DNA from: Orbicella franksi
Lineage: Eukaryota
DNA length: 64,000 nucleotides
NCBI GenBank assembly: GCA_964199315.1
Contig: OZ116707.1
Span: 30,504,001 to 30,568,000 of the forward strand
Direction of reading: 5' to 3'
How positions within the stretch are numbered: position 1 is the first letter of the stretch; every line of letters begins with the position of its first letter. The notes under the pieces were generated by a model, which saw nothing but the letters and a program-made list of their open reading frames with translations, was not told where the DNA came from and ran no database searches. Shown piece after piece: positions 14,582 to 29,500 of the stretch. The position numbers were made by a program, and so were the translations under genes.

Positions 14582-17500
14582 AATTTGGCTATTATACTTT
14601 TTTCAGAGCATGTCAAAACGAAGGAAATCACTCTGAAATCGCTTAAGATAATTAAACATACTTCCAGGAACATATACTACAGTAAATCAACAAGATTTCG
14701 CTTCACCATGCAATGTCAATAATTTCGATGGCATCGCAACTGCTGGAGGCTGACTAGGGGCCCGTAAGGTCATGAAACCAATATTTAGATACAAGGTCAA
14801 GTCAAGGCCCTGATGACTTAAAACTCAACCTTTGCTGTATAGTCCAAAGTTAGTAAATTCACATGTGCGATCGTTTTTCTTCACTGAAATCTGTGATGGC
14901 GGAAGAAAGGTTAATGTTCCTGTGGAAAGAATTAGAACAGAAAGTTAATGAGATGGATGGCAGTAATTGGTTTTATGTTATAATTTGTTTTCTGATCTTT
15001 CAAGGGGACTGTGATTTTGAGAGTGGAATGTGCACCTATAGCAATACTCAAGCTGAAGACCAGTTTGACTGGTTAAGGAATGCAGGAACTACACCAAGCT
15101 GGCAGACAGGACCAAAGGTTGATCATACTCTAGGAAATGGTTTAGGTAAATTGTCAAGTTGATTGATTCCGTCTTTTGTTCGTATGTGACTCTCACTCGT
15201 GCTTAAGTACACTAGTAATTTATTGATACGAGTGAAAATATGAAAGAGTTTTATCTGAACTGCAGGGAAAGATGTAAAAGATGAATTATCATCGCAGTAA
15301 TATACACAACTTACGTGAATGTGAAGTTAAAGCCTGAAAAAAAAATTAGGCTGAACAGGATTCGAACCCAAGTAGTCATCACCTCTGCTATACTGGAACC
15401 TAAACAGCCTGATTTTTTGCAGGCTTTGTGAATATAGGGGTTCTTATAAGCGGACTTTTACTGTTATCAACTATAAGTCTGTAAAGTAAGTTATAAACGA
15501 TTGGAATATGCAGCCAATCAAACAAATTCGGAAGGTTTCAGGAGATCTGTTGGGCGACCACGCACCGTTTACAAGGGTCTTCACGATTCGCCAAACGAAA
15601 CAATGGGTATACAACACAAACAATGCCCCTAGCCCTAAAAACAAAAGAGGTGCAGAGTAACAAGAGCGAATCAAAATAGAAGTTTTAAAGAGCTGCAGGT
15701 CATCGGGATCTGTTCAATCTTTTGGGTATCCTGTAGTATTCAAAGATGCCCGATGGCATTGGGTAGATTATTATCGACAGATTATGTTGTTTTCACAGAA
15801 GGTAAATGTTTGTGTTTCAGGTCATTACATGTACATTGAAACATCCGCACCACGCAAGCAAGGTGATAAGGCCCGTCTTCTCAGTGAAGATTTTGGACCA
15901 ACCACAATCCAGGGAAGATGTGTGAAGTTCTGGTATCACATGTATGGTGCCACGATTGGCACGCTTAGAATTCTGGTCAAGACAGGCCCAGGAAACCAAT
16001 CAGAAACTGCCATTTGGGAGCTTAGTGGAAACTTTGGCAACCAGTGGTATAGTGGCCAGGCCCCTGTGACGAGTGGAGTTATGTACCAGGTAACACATTA
16101 AAAAGGAAACGCCGTTACTGTTCTGTTAATTTCTCTGTATCTAAAAATTATTTATCTTCTGCTACAGGTTGTATTTGAAGCCGTTCGTGGAAAAAGCGTC
16201 AGTGGTGACATTGCAATTGATGATATTACATTTGTGACATCTAAGTGCTCTGTTGTACCATCTTTAGCAATACCACCCACACCCCCTCCCACAACACCTC
16301 CGCCAATCATTAACAACTGCACTTTTGAAGGAGGATTCTGCTCTTGGACAAACCTCAAAGGCGACAACTTTGATTGGACAAGAAGTAGAGGTGGAACAGC
16401 GTCATGGAGCACTGGACCAACTGTCGACCACACCCTAGGAACTGCAAAAGGTACACTTTATTAATGACCTACAATGTATAAGTTATGCATGCACTGAGAT
16501 TCTGGTTGCAATTGAAAAAGTCGGACAGCCTTTTTCAACTTCTGGCCGTGCATCTCAGGAAAATCACAAAACCTAAGTAGGATTTGCTATCCCTTTGGCA
16601 ATCCACTCGGTTCTCTAAGCTCATTTTGGGTGTAAGTGAAAGTACCATGCCATATTTTAAGCACCGCTTTGTGTAGAAATGCAGTAAAATATCTGGTATA
16701 GTATTTAAACCATAGTATGATTATTTGTACTTCTCACATTTCTCTTCAGGTTACTACGTATACATTGAAACATCTTCACCCCGTAAGTTCAAGGACAAGG
16801 CTTTGCTTAGAAGTGGGCTGATCCAACCAACAACTGTCACCAATGGAAGGTGCTTAAAGTTTTGGTTCCACATGTGGGGTGACCATGTAGACACACTGAA
16901 TGTCTACCGCAAAGTTGGTTCTTCACAATCGAGGTGAGCCATTAAGACTTAAAAGACTCAAGCTCTTTATGATGTGCATTATTACATGTTATGTACTTAT
17001 ATTGGAGTTAAAGAAGTGCGTTAGAGTTTGATTAATTACACGCGGTTAATCGTAGTGTATTTTCTAACAATTGACAAACTTTGCACGAGGTTGAGCGTAT
17101 ATAACAGTTACAGTTGTCGAGATTGAGATATATTTTTGCCTAATCTCCCACAACCGTGTAACATACTGCAGTTTTGATTTGATTTAACTGCCAAACAGAG
17201 ACAGTTCGAGGGGAACAATTTTGCAAAATGTTCTTTAAAAATTGCCTTTGTAGGGAAGCTTTTGTGATCATAGAATAAGGGCCTACAAACTAATAGTTTT
17301 ATTATTATTATTTTTTTCATTTATATTGGACAGTCTCTGGTCTCGCAAAGGCACACAGGGGAACAAGTGGCGCTACGCTCAAATCAACCTGATCAGTAAC
17401 CAGCCCTTTTATATCATATTTGAGGGTGTTCGTGGATGGAGCTACAGGGGAGATATTGCCCTTGATGACATTGATGTTGCTGATGGGCCATGTCCGCCTC

Positions 17501-20500
17501 CACAGGCCTGTGATTTTGAAACTGATACATGCACCTGGCAAAATACAGGTGGAGACCAGTTTGATTGGACACGTGACAGTGGAGGGACACCCTCTTTAGG
17601 CACAGGGCCTACCACTGATCACACAACTGGAACAAGAAATGGTTTGTTGTGACTCTAGTTTCAAAATTTTAGTCCATCAAAACAAATTGCTGAAAATCAT
17701 AGATTCCTGCTGCTATTCCGAGGCGTACTAGGTTGGTCAATTTTTCTGCTCTATATTCCTTCACAGGTTACTACATGTACATTGAGACATCTTTACCACG
17801 CAAACTAAATGACAAAGCATGGTTCCTTAGTCCTCAATATCCTGCAGCTCCAAATGGCAAATGCTTAAACTTCTGGTATCACATGTCCGGCAGCCACATT
17901 GGTACAATGAATGTTTATATCAAAGATGGTTTAACCATCGGTACCAAGGTGTGGAATGAGACTGGCGATCAAGGCAATTTCTGGCTGCATGCCAGAGCCC
18001 CCATCAAAATAAATAATAAATTCCGGGTACGGTTTGTGATTCATGCTGTTGTTTCCTTTTTGTGTTATTCAGTATGCTCATGTGCCATGTGTTACTGGTT
18101 TTCAACATATCTTCTTTTTCCTAAAGATTGTAATTGAAGGAATCAGAGGACAGAGCTACAAAGGTGACATTGCCATTGACGACTTGAGGATTGATGACAG
18201 CCCGTGTCCGCCAGAAGGTCACTTTTTTTTTTTCGCTTGACTTTGCATTATCGGTTTCTGAACTGATTTTTTTTTTTTAAAAATACTGTTAAGGTTCGTA
18301 TTTTATAACTGTAACGTTAACCGTTATTTTATAAACACAGGAAGTTGCGACTTCGAACAAAAAAGTTTCTGCACCTGGCTCAATGTACCCAACGGAAACA
18401 GATCAGTGGGTCTGGATGATTTTGATTGGACACTGGGAAGTGGGTCAACACCAAGCTTTCGAACGGGACCATCAAGTGACCATACTACAGGAACAGCTGT
18501 GGGTAAGTTAGAAAAAAACGTCTACTAATGTTGGCAGTGTGAAAATGTAATTTCTCTTGCAGTAACTGCTGAACAATGTTGCCACCGGATTCAGTTTTGG
18601 TGAAATTGGATGCAAAGTGGATGCTTGTTGTTGTAGTCATTTACTTGTGTGGTGAAAAAAAGGACAATGATGAGTAAAACTCATTCAATTAATTATTAGC
18701 ACCTTTCGTGACATTTAAGCATATGTGGTGCCATATCTAAGGTTCAGTGGTAAATTAATTTGAAAATTTATTCTTACAGTGGAATTTTTTGTCCTCCATT
18801 CTTGTAAGGAACGTACGCATTTATTGAAACATCAAGTCCACGGAACAACGGTGAAGTTGCTAGGCTGAGAAGTCGAATATTTTCTTCCACAACTGGGAAA
18901 TGCATGTCATGGTGGTTCCACATGTATGGTGCTACTGTTGCAAACCTGAACGTCTACATGAAGCAAGTTGGCAAGCCAGAATCCTTGGTTTGGAACCTCA
19001 ATGGCTCACAGGTGTATTTGATTTCCACGTATTCTTAGGATGGAAAATGTTTACTTAGTTATACTATTAGAGCAGTTATAAGTAAATCACATTTGCTAAA
19101 ACTCGCATATTTTTCTGTTGCAGGGCAATGTCTGGAAAAAAGCAGAAGTAACGATTACCAGCAGAACCAACTATCAAATGATTTTTGAAGGTGTCACTGG
19201 AAAAGACTACCGCAGCGACATTGCAATAGATGATATTTTGTTCTCTGATGGCTACTGTGTAGGACTGTGTTCCTCTGTGAATGCATACAAACGAGTTGAC
19301 TGTGGCTATGTGGGAATCAGTAAGGCTACATGTGTGGGTCTGAGAAGATGTTGTTGGGATGACTCTGTTCCAAATGTTCCATACTGCTTTTATCATCCCA
19401 GTGCATGCAAGAGCATCAATTCAGCCAAAAGGTATAATCTACGCTAGTTTCATTTAGGTTTCAGACGATTGGAAGTTGTTGTCGTGTGTATGAACTGTTC
19501 TTGTGGCATATTAACACCTTTTAGTTACATATGTGGTATGGATCAAGTTTTTCCCTTTTAGTTTGAAGTTTGTATGGGAAGTTAAAATAGGGCGGTGACA
19601 AGAAACAGTTTGCAGCTTACTGTACGGCTTGGGAAAACAGCCTTAATTTGTTTATTACAATCATTCCAGTATAATGAACCTGCATGAATAAGGGAACCTT
19701 TTAAGTGAAATTGGCCAATGACCATGCAGCAACAGCAAGAGCTAAAAAGCATTAGTAGATGTACGTTGACATGCATATTCAATTGACAGTCTTTAGAGAC
19801 ATGCTTTCTTTTGTGAACGTCAACTGAGTGACATACCAGCGATGTAAATTGAACAATCTTATGATAAGTTGAAACGTTAGACCAGCGCTTTCCTAATAGA
19901 AATACTCTTTTTCACTTTGCTATCTGGTATTAATTCCCATTTTTTTCATGGCTTCACCTTTCAGGCAAGACTGTGGCTTCCTCGGAATCACTTCTGTTCA
20001 GTGCCAGTCTCGTGGATGTTGTTGGGACAATTCTGTTCCTAATGTCCCTTGGTGCTTCCATGGACCTACTAGGCCAACACCCTTCCCCACCACATCAGCT
20101 CCGCCAACTACACTGCCTCCAACCAAATGGGACTGCACATTTGAGCAAGACTTTTGCAACTGGAACAACTCCAAGGAAGATGACTTTAATTGGAATAGGC
20201 AGTCTGGTAATTCACCATCAAGTGGGACAGGTCCATCATCTGACCACACAACTGGAAGTCAAAAAGGTCAACACATTAATCAGATTATCTAAAGTAATCC
20301 TCTAAGAAGGTTTTTTCCCCATAAGGTATTGACCTTACCTAGCGCTACGATCAGCACAAAGCAACTTGTCCTTTTAACTCGTCTCTTCCCTGCAGTGTTT
20401 TAACGAGGGAGCAAGTTGGTGCAACAAGTTACCTTGTGTGTGTAGAGGGCAAGTCAAGAGGTTGAAGCACAAACGAACGATTTCTTTTACTTTAGTCCCT

Positions 20501-23500
20501 TGCTTGAAACATGTTATAATTTGCATATTTCAAAATTGGCTTGTTCGTGCCGCAATTTACAGAGAATTCACATGTCCATGCACATTGCAAGATTTGTTGG
20601 CAAGAAAGGGCACTTGACATGGCATAGCTGGTGTAGTTAAAACCATATAGCCAAGCGTATTGTCTACGTTAAATAAAGTTATGTTCAGTATTGCATTGCA
20701 TTGTATTTTAAAGGACAAGTCTCCTCGGATGTGCCAACCTTTTCATAAACCTATTTTGTTTTGTACAGGTTTTTACGTGTACATTGAGACCTCTTGGCAG
20801 TCTCCTAATGACACCGCTGTCCTGTATAGTCCAGCAGTTCCTACAACATCGGGAAAACCCAACAACATGGTTTGTTTGCAGTTCTGGTATCACATGTATG
20901 GACAGCATGTAGACACGTTGAATTTGTTTATGAAACGAGGGCAGCAACTTCCTCCATCACCAATCTGGACTAAAAGTGGAACCCAGGGTAACAGGTGGAG
21001 ACTTGGGCAGATTGCTGTGACAAGTACAACTCCATTCCAGGTGTGCTAGTAAGGTTATGATAGTGTCTCTGCAAAGAATATAAGGTTTGTGCACTCGCTC
21101 GCCAAAGTTTTTATGGCTGCTTGCCTCGTTAAAAGTTAGTTTTAGCATATAGTAAAACCCTAATACCCTAAAAACCTTAAGCGTGTTTAGACAATTTAGC
21201 AAGGTGTATTTTTAACTTTTTCTTTGTTGTTGTTCTTATTTGTTGAAACTTTTATCATGTAAATTATTATTTTCATCAATGGTTTTATTCTTAGTTTTAG
21301 AGGACCCTTTTGTAAATCACTAGCTCATAGTGAAGTCGGCATCCTCAATAAGATTATTATCATTCATCCACATAATGTCAACGTACATGTATGATTACTG
21401 TAGAAACACAGGTATGAGATGCTTGCACTTACAGCTCTATCGTACAGGACTAATTTCTGTCAATAAAGGCTGACTCGCATTTTGTTTCTGCAGTTTGCCT
21501 TCCAAGGTACACGAGGAGTAAGTTACCAAGGTGACATTGCGCTAGATGATATCCGGCTGTTAGATGGTTCCTGCCCTCAATTGCGTAAGCTAAAATCTTT
21601 AATGTTTTGTGCTTTAGTATCCTTATGGTAGTTATTGTAAGATCCTGCCTCTCAGAGATAATTTATGTTAAGGAATAATCTCACTCTCTAAAAAGAGGTA
21701 AGGTTTTTTGGCAGATGTTAATGCGAAAAAGCATGTAGAACAATTTTAGAAAGTCGAGGAAAAGGTTGTTGTTATTCATCGTGGTAGATGCAATAATAAA
21801 GTGTATTATCGTTTGTCTCACGATGTAGTCACTTGAGATGTAGATCGCGGTCTACATCTCAAGTGACTACATTGTGAGACAAACAATAATACACTTTTGA
21901 TTTTAGAATACTTATAAAGTAATCAAAGTGTCATTAGATTGCTGTTTGTATTGTTTCGGCTGAAACTGAAGACATTTAAATCTGCATATTTTCATAGAGT
22001 TTGCTGGAGTTTCTTTCTTGTTGTTGCTGTTTTTTTTTTTTGGCTGAGATTAATTTTGTTTTTTGTTTGTTAAAGCTTACTGTGACTTTGAGGATCCCAA
22101 AATCTGTGGCTTCACTCAAGATCAGGGAGACATCTTTGACTGGACTAAAGGAAGTGGTAACACCACCTCAATTAAAACAGGGCCGCCTTATGATCACACT
22201 TACGGCACTTCTTTTGGTAAGTCAGTACAGCTCCTCGTTTATCAAATGAAGGAAACATTAAAATGTCCTTCCATGTTCAACAATTTATAAAAGAGTCCGA
22301 TTGTTTTTTTTATCGTATTTACTTTTAGTGGTATTCGTGTTGTCCTAGTATGATTTATATGTTAAATAACGTAGGTGTAAGCCTCTAGCATGGTTCGTTC
22401 AGGTCATGGAAAACCTGGAAAGTGATGGAATTTAAGTGCGGGTCATGGAAAGTCATGGAAAAGCAATATGCTTTCTGAGAATAAAAAGGCAAAAAGACAA
22501 AAAATCGAAGTAAATAACAAATGAGTTTGAAACAGGCTTTGATTTCAGTACAAATAGACACGAGCACGCATTTTATCCATTATAATGCTGGAAAATACGT
22601 TAAATAAGTGATTGTTTTAATACTATGAGAATAGCTACTTAACTTTGGTCATGGGAAACTCAGAAAAGTCAAGAAAAAGGTCGTGGAAAGTCATGGAATT
22701 TGAAAAGATTACGAGAGTACGAACCCTGCTCTAGATGAATCCTTTGAGCTCTTAAGGCAAACATTTTTTGTGGATTGTGGAGCGTGTAAATCTTGCTGTC
22801 AGGCTAGGGGATGTTGTTTTTTAAGAGATTATGCTTGTAAGAATTTTTTTTAGGGGCGAGTGGGAATGACTTTGGGGCTAGTTCGTCATAGTTACACCTT
22901 TCCTCGGCTGAACGGCAAGATCTTCATCTGTTATAGGTTAACATTGTTTTGACGTGATAGTGCCCCTTCAGCATAACATTTTTGCCTTCTGCGTGTTGAG
23001 TTTCGTTATCCCATTGCAGGACACTACATGTATACTGAGACATCCGCGCCTCGTAAGCCAGGTGACTATGCTCGTCTGGAGTCTCCAGCATATCCCGCAA
23101 CTGATGGAAATGGAAAATGCCTGGAGTTCTGGTACCACATGTATGGCAGCGGTATTGGCAGATTGAATGTGTACATCAAACGTGGCAACACGCTTGGAAA
23201 TAAAGTTTGGTTCCAATCCGGTAACCAGGGAAACAAATGGTTGAGAGGAATGATAACAGTACAGAGCCCTAACACGCAGTGGAAGGTGAACAGTTATTAA
23301 CAAACCTTACAGCAGTAGACCTGTGTACCTTAACAACTCGTGTATTATTACAGAGACATCATTCAGTGATTTTGGCAGGGTGATAGTTTGCGACACTAAA
23401 TTTCCAGAGGTTTTTGAAACCAATTTACAGTTCTGTACATTTTTATGTTCCAGGTCAGATTTCAAAGGTGAAATTGTAAAGAACATAAATCAACTGAAAC

Positions 23501-26500
23501 AAATAAAGGCACATGCTTTGATTTAATTTTGCTCATACTTAATTCTGCAACATCTTTTGTGGCATCATGAATTGTAAAAAAAAAAAAAAAAAAAAAAAAA
23601 TGCAAAAATTGGTAGTCTACGATGCAGACGGTAACCATATAATGTAATGTCAACATATTGTATATGATTAAACAAGGGTATGTGCGTTGAAAAAGGAGTT
23701 CATTTTGCTGTAAGTGTAATGGAATTGTGGAAAGCGGGAGGGATTTTTCCAGTCAATAACTATTGTTTTGTCTTTGTCTGGCCATTCAGGCTGTATTTGA
23801 GGGTATTCGAGGGCGTGGATATCGTGGAGACATAGCCATTGATGATACAGTTGTCAAGAATGGTCCTTGCCCACCTCCTGGTTCTTGCGATTTTGAGAAA
23901 GGATTATGCGCCTATCAGAATGAATTGGCTGACGACGATTTCGACTGGGAGAGAAATACTGGTCGCACTGGAAGTGTTGGAACTGGGCCATCATCTGATC
24001 ACACAACTGGCTCTGCTGTTGGTAAGAATGTCATTCTGCTTCTGATGGGTCACGTACCTTTAAGGCTGGAACGTGTATTCTCAAATCATTAATAATTCAT
24101 CAAGTTGAAACAAAAGGAAATCTTGACCGTGACGGTGTTTGGATATGTGATCTTGGCATAGATTTCTTACGATTTTATTTCTTTGTTTTCTTTTTAGTGT
24201 ATTTCTTTGTTTTCTTTTTAGTGTGTAGTTTAGTTTTTACACTCGAGACAGTGTTTGACTACATTTCCAAACACCTCGAAGCTCGTCAAAAATACTCCGC
24301 TACGGGTCGTATTTTCAACTCTCTTCTCGGTGTTTGGAAATGTGGTCAAACAAGGTCTTTCGTGGGTGATACATTACTTCAAATGTCATTTGGAACACGT
24401 AATAAATGGTTTTTAAAAGTTAAAGTCTAAATATCAAGATTTGGAAAGTGAGAATTTACAACTTGTGTACCCGCAGGTCACTATATGTACATTGAAGCGT
24501 CTTCACCACGAGTAAAAGGAGATGCTGCCAGACTTGTTTCTGATCGATTTAAAGTATCCAATGGCCATAACTGGTGCTTGAACTTCTGGTATCATATGTA
24601 TGGCAACAGTGTTGGCTCGCTTAAAGTTAAACTCAAGGTTTATCCATTCAACCCCAGTAAACCTTACTATACAACCTTGTGGACGCAACAGCTAAACCAT
24701 GGAGATGTTTGGTTGATGGAGTACGTGCAGATGAACAGTCCAGACAACTTTGAGGTATGTTAGGGGATGACATCGAGGAAATGCCCCCCCCCCCCTGTTT
24801 CTCTTACGTCTATTACTGTTTACATGTACCTCTTTGACATTTTTGTGTTACATGCAGTGACGGGCAATAGTCATGTTGATTGGCAATCGTTGTTCTAAGG
24901 ACTTTGCTAAGGATTCTGGGACTTCGGAAAACGGAAACTAGAGTGATACCAAATGCTGAGCTAAAGGCTCCTTCCTCGCCTCCGTTTAATCGTTTACCCT
25001 TGTCACTCTTCTTTGTTGAAACTAGGGTAGCCCAATGCTTTATATTCTTCATAAGAAACGGCTTGCAGTTCCTGACTATATGATGGAAAGTTGTAGTTTG
25101 AATAGCTCGAAACACACGGCACTAGATTTTTCAAATATGAGTTTATTTGTCCTACATTCAGTAGGTAAAGAAAATATGATAGTTCATATTGAGTTACGAC
25201 TACAAAAATATGGAATAGTTTACCAATTAGACTTATTATATCACAAGGGATTTACCCGAGAAAATCACTGCAACACTTTCCAGAGCGCAAGTTAAATTGG
25301 CTGCTTCACTCAAATTAGTCTTGTCTTAGTTCGTGCCATTAGCTACTGTATAACTGGAATGAGAACCTCTTGCCTTTTCTCTTTTACCCCCTTTCAAAGT
25401 AGCTAGAAATTAAAAAAAAATCCTTTGTGGACTTGATTCAGCTTTTGGACTAATCTATTAATATATTGGTATATTGCAGATTGTGTTTGAAGCTACAGTG
25501 GGCGCATCATACGATGGTGATATAGCTATTGACGATATTGTTGTGACATCAGGAGTTTGTCCAAGTAAGTAACAGTGGCATTACTGTGGGTCGAGTCAGA
25601 CGTTTGCTGCATGCAGCCAACACCAAACCTCATGTTGTGTCCTTTAGCGTGTAATGAAAAAAAAGTCCTTTGGGGTCTTGGTATAGCTTGGTAAGCTTGG
25701 TACAGATTTCCCCAATTAGTAGTTAATACTAAATACGTTTGCACTTCAATAAAGCTGTTATTATTATATTTTTTTAATTAATAAGTGCAATTAAAGTTTC
25801 ATTTTGTCACAGATCTTTCAGATATGGAAACAGAAACCTGTCACATTTGCTTGGGTCTAGCCCGAGATGGTTTTCGTGATGGCTAGGCATCCTGTCTAGG
25901 GAAAACGTTACACAACTTAATCAAACTTATTTTCACAACTTTCAATATATTTTTGCAACTTGAGACTCGTGTATCACATGATACACCTAACAGTTTTTAT
26001 TAAATTACGGTTCTCTCCTTTTCTCTCCTCTTCTTTTTGTTCACTTGTTGAACACCAGTGAACAGTTTACTCTTACTCACTTAGTCAGTCCTGTGGAAGC
26101 TTGAGGTACCACTAAGTCAGCCTGTCATGTGGGCAATACAGGTGTAGTTCAAGTAGTTAATGCTTTTCCCTTCTGTGCTTTTAGCTCCTACACCCACTCC
26201 TTCACCCAACCCATGTGCTCTGAAATGCAAGTCTGGTACATGTGTGAGTTCAACCAAGGTCTGTGACTTCGTCAATGACTGTGGGTCAGGGGACAACAGT
26301 GATGAACAGAACTGTGGAGACTGTACATTTGAACAAGGTGAGAAGCCTCTGAATTAAAACAATAATATTTCTATCTTATTTACCAATGGACGGTGTTAAG
26401 AAACACGTGATATTGATGCACTGTAGAAAAGCAAGGTATTTGTCTGTCTGTTTGCATCACATTCTTCTTAAGAAGTCTATGGTAAGCTGCAGGAAGCTGG

Positions 26501-29500
26501 GAAATATGTATGACTGAATCCGTGAGACATTAACTGCACGAAGAATGCTCTGTAAAATGACGCGTTCTAAATGTTATTTGTTTTGGTCTTTCAAGGACTC
26601 TGTGGATGGAATGACACCAGCAAAGGTGCATATGATTGGAATAGAGATCGTGGAGGAACGCCGTCCAGTAACACAGGGCCAAGTGCGGATCACACACTAG
26701 GTAATCAACATTATTTTTTTGTCAGGTATCAGCTATTTACAAAGTCAACCATATTGCAAGCTGTTTTCGTCTGATATAACATAATTCTGCACAAAACAAC
26801 AGCGGTGTTTGAGCACGGTAACCAAGTGCAACCATTTTGCCGCCTTAAACGATAGTATTCTGTGATTTACATAACAGGTGAAATGGGGAAACTGATAAAA
26901 GATAAGATAAGATAAGAACTTAATTAACGTGTCGAAATCGCCAGCATACGATGTATGCTAATGTTTAGCGGGTTAGATGCTCAGTTCGCGCCAGTACCAA
27001 GAATTACATAAGCCAGCCTATGAAGAAATCATTACTATTACTCGAAACTAGAGAACTGTACAAGCACGTGTTTCTGAAATGCCACTAACAGTTGATCATT
27101 TTTAATATATGTTTTTCCTGGCTGAATTGTTCATTTTACATAACAAGCAATGTGATTGCTTTCAGGCACTGCTCTTGGATACTATGTGTATGTAGAAGCC
27201 TCTCAAGGAAGTTCATGGGATCTAGCCACGTTTGAGAGTACTTGGTTGAAACAGTCTTCATCAACCTGCGTTGTTAGCTTCTGGTACCACATGTATGGTA
27301 CTGGAATTGGAAGTCTGTATGGTTACGTCAAAGTTGGGCAGATTTACAGCAGATTGTTTGAAGAAGATGGTAACAAAGGTAAGGCAAATAAAATTCGGAT
27401 GTCTCTGTTTTGTCTGCTGGTGAAACTTTGACAAAATGTGGGAGAATGAAGAGTGAGATTTGACGAAATTCGTTAGCATTTGTTTTGCACAGTACTGTAC
27501 AGGATCATGCACTTTACGCTTCCAGGAGCTTGGTGTGAAAATGTTATGCACATTCACGATTGTTATATAGCTGAAAGTTTTTCTTTACAGCACGCGCTTT
27601 CGTTATTTACTTTGAGGCCACTTGGCATTTAAAAAATAAAACTGTTTCCCGCTAACATTCTCTGAGCGGGCAACATTGCAAAGTTGACGTACATTACTCA
27701 CTGTTGCTCACGAATGCTGACCGACAACTGCCGTTGAACATGAATTCTTTTAATGTTTTCGTTGTGCAGCCGGTTAATTTTGTTTCCCTCAAACTTCAAT
27801 GTTTCCCTTGGCTGCGCTTAGGGTAAGATCAAGATGAACTGTTTTCCTCAGGGCCAGGTATTAAGTGTTAATTATTTATTTAGTTCTTGTTGATAGAAGG
27901 CACAATGTTTTTTGCTATGCCATTGTTAGATTTTAACAGTTCCAATTTAGGTAGTCATGTAACAAAGAGAAGGCTAACTGAGGTTCTGTTATTTTCCCAG
28001 GCAAAAAGTGGCTGCAAGGAAAACTATATGTGGGTCGTCATGCTACACCCTTTAAAGTCATCTTCGAGGCAGAGAGGAGTTATAACGTATTTGGTGACAT
28101 TGCCATTGATGATATAAGCTTTGTAAACTGCACCCTCCCACCAGTTGTCGGTAACTGTAAAAGAGGCCAGCATCGCTGCGCTAGAGGCTCGTGTATTGAT
28201 CCTTCACGCCTTTGTGATTATACTGATGACTGTGGAGATAATTCAGACGAACTGAACTGTTACAGCTACAACTATAGGTAGTGTCTAAATGTGGTGTAAT
28301 ACTTTATGGTTTAAGTATTTAGTCTTTACTTTTTTGGATTTACGTTTTTGTTACTTTTATTTCTGTACAGATGTACTTTTGAGCGATCGTTATGTCAATG
28401 GAATCAATTACCTGATGATGATTTTGACTGGACTAGAAACCGAGGATCAACAGGTTCATATGGGACAGGACCCATGTTTGACCACACCTTGGGCAGCTCA
28501 GCTGGTAATCTATTAATTGTGTGAGCTTGGTTGTTAAAACCAGATTAACATTTTATCCTTTAACTAAAGTCATTTTAAATTAGTGGCCCGAAAATTGTAT
28601 CCACTTTTCTTCAGCTCCAATATGTTCACTAGGAAAGTTCTCTTCTGACTCTCTGCTTTGCTGTCTAGGATATTACTTGTACTCGGAAGCCTCTTGGCCG
28701 CGTAAAAAAGGTGACAAGGCTCGACTGGCCAGTGGGTTTATAAGCAGTCTACCTCAGGGTGACACCTCCTGCAGGCTTCGGTTCTACTTCCACATGTTTG
28801 GACCAGATATTGGCTCATTAAATGTTTACACTCGGCCATGTAATGGTTGTGCTGAGACTCTTGTGTACTCAAGATCAGGAAACGTGGGCAACTTCTGGGA
28901 TCGAGCTGAGGTTATTCTTAAGAGTACCGTGCCATTCCAGGTATGAACATTGTCTGTTCTAGTAATACGTGTGAAAATGCTCGAGATCATTAGTAGCTAA
29001 GAACATCCTCGAAGCGGAGAATTTTTTTAAAAAAAGTGTGGAAATGTTTTTGTTTATAGTGGTCAAAGCGCTTAGCTATACCAAGTTAGTTCATAGGCGT
29101 ACCACTTGATCTGAATGAAACAAATGTATCAACTAAAATAACCAAATGGCGGGAGGCAGACCAGTCGGCCTTATTAAAGCATGACCGAGGAGTTGAACTG
29201 GGGTCTACCGAGAAACAACTCCAGCTTAGCGGTCAGAGCGGGACTTGACCCGCGACCTCCGGATTTCAAGTCCGGCGCCCTAACCACTCGGCCATGCTGC
29301 CTCCCCTGTACTTACCCTGTAATTAGTAACGTATGTTGGATTGGGCGCCCACACGGCAATTTGTGTTTCTAAATTCAAGTACACCAAGCTAAGTTTGGTA
29401 AATTATTTTGATGTTACAGGTTGTTATTGAAAGTGTCCGCGGTTCTAGCTACCAAGGAGATATTTCCATCGATGACTTATCCATGACGCAGTTCTGTCGA

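Noticed and set aside
22729-22765. Hammerhead-like CTAGATGA..CAAAC beside a MITE
   Set aside because: Both core motifs (CUGANGA and GAAA) are broken, so it is indistinguishable from chance.
29180-29306. tRNA-Ser(TGA)-like sequence as a real tRNA gene
   Set aside because: No acceptor-stem pairing, a defective T-loop, and continuation into a SINE body that is also present at 59565-59635.
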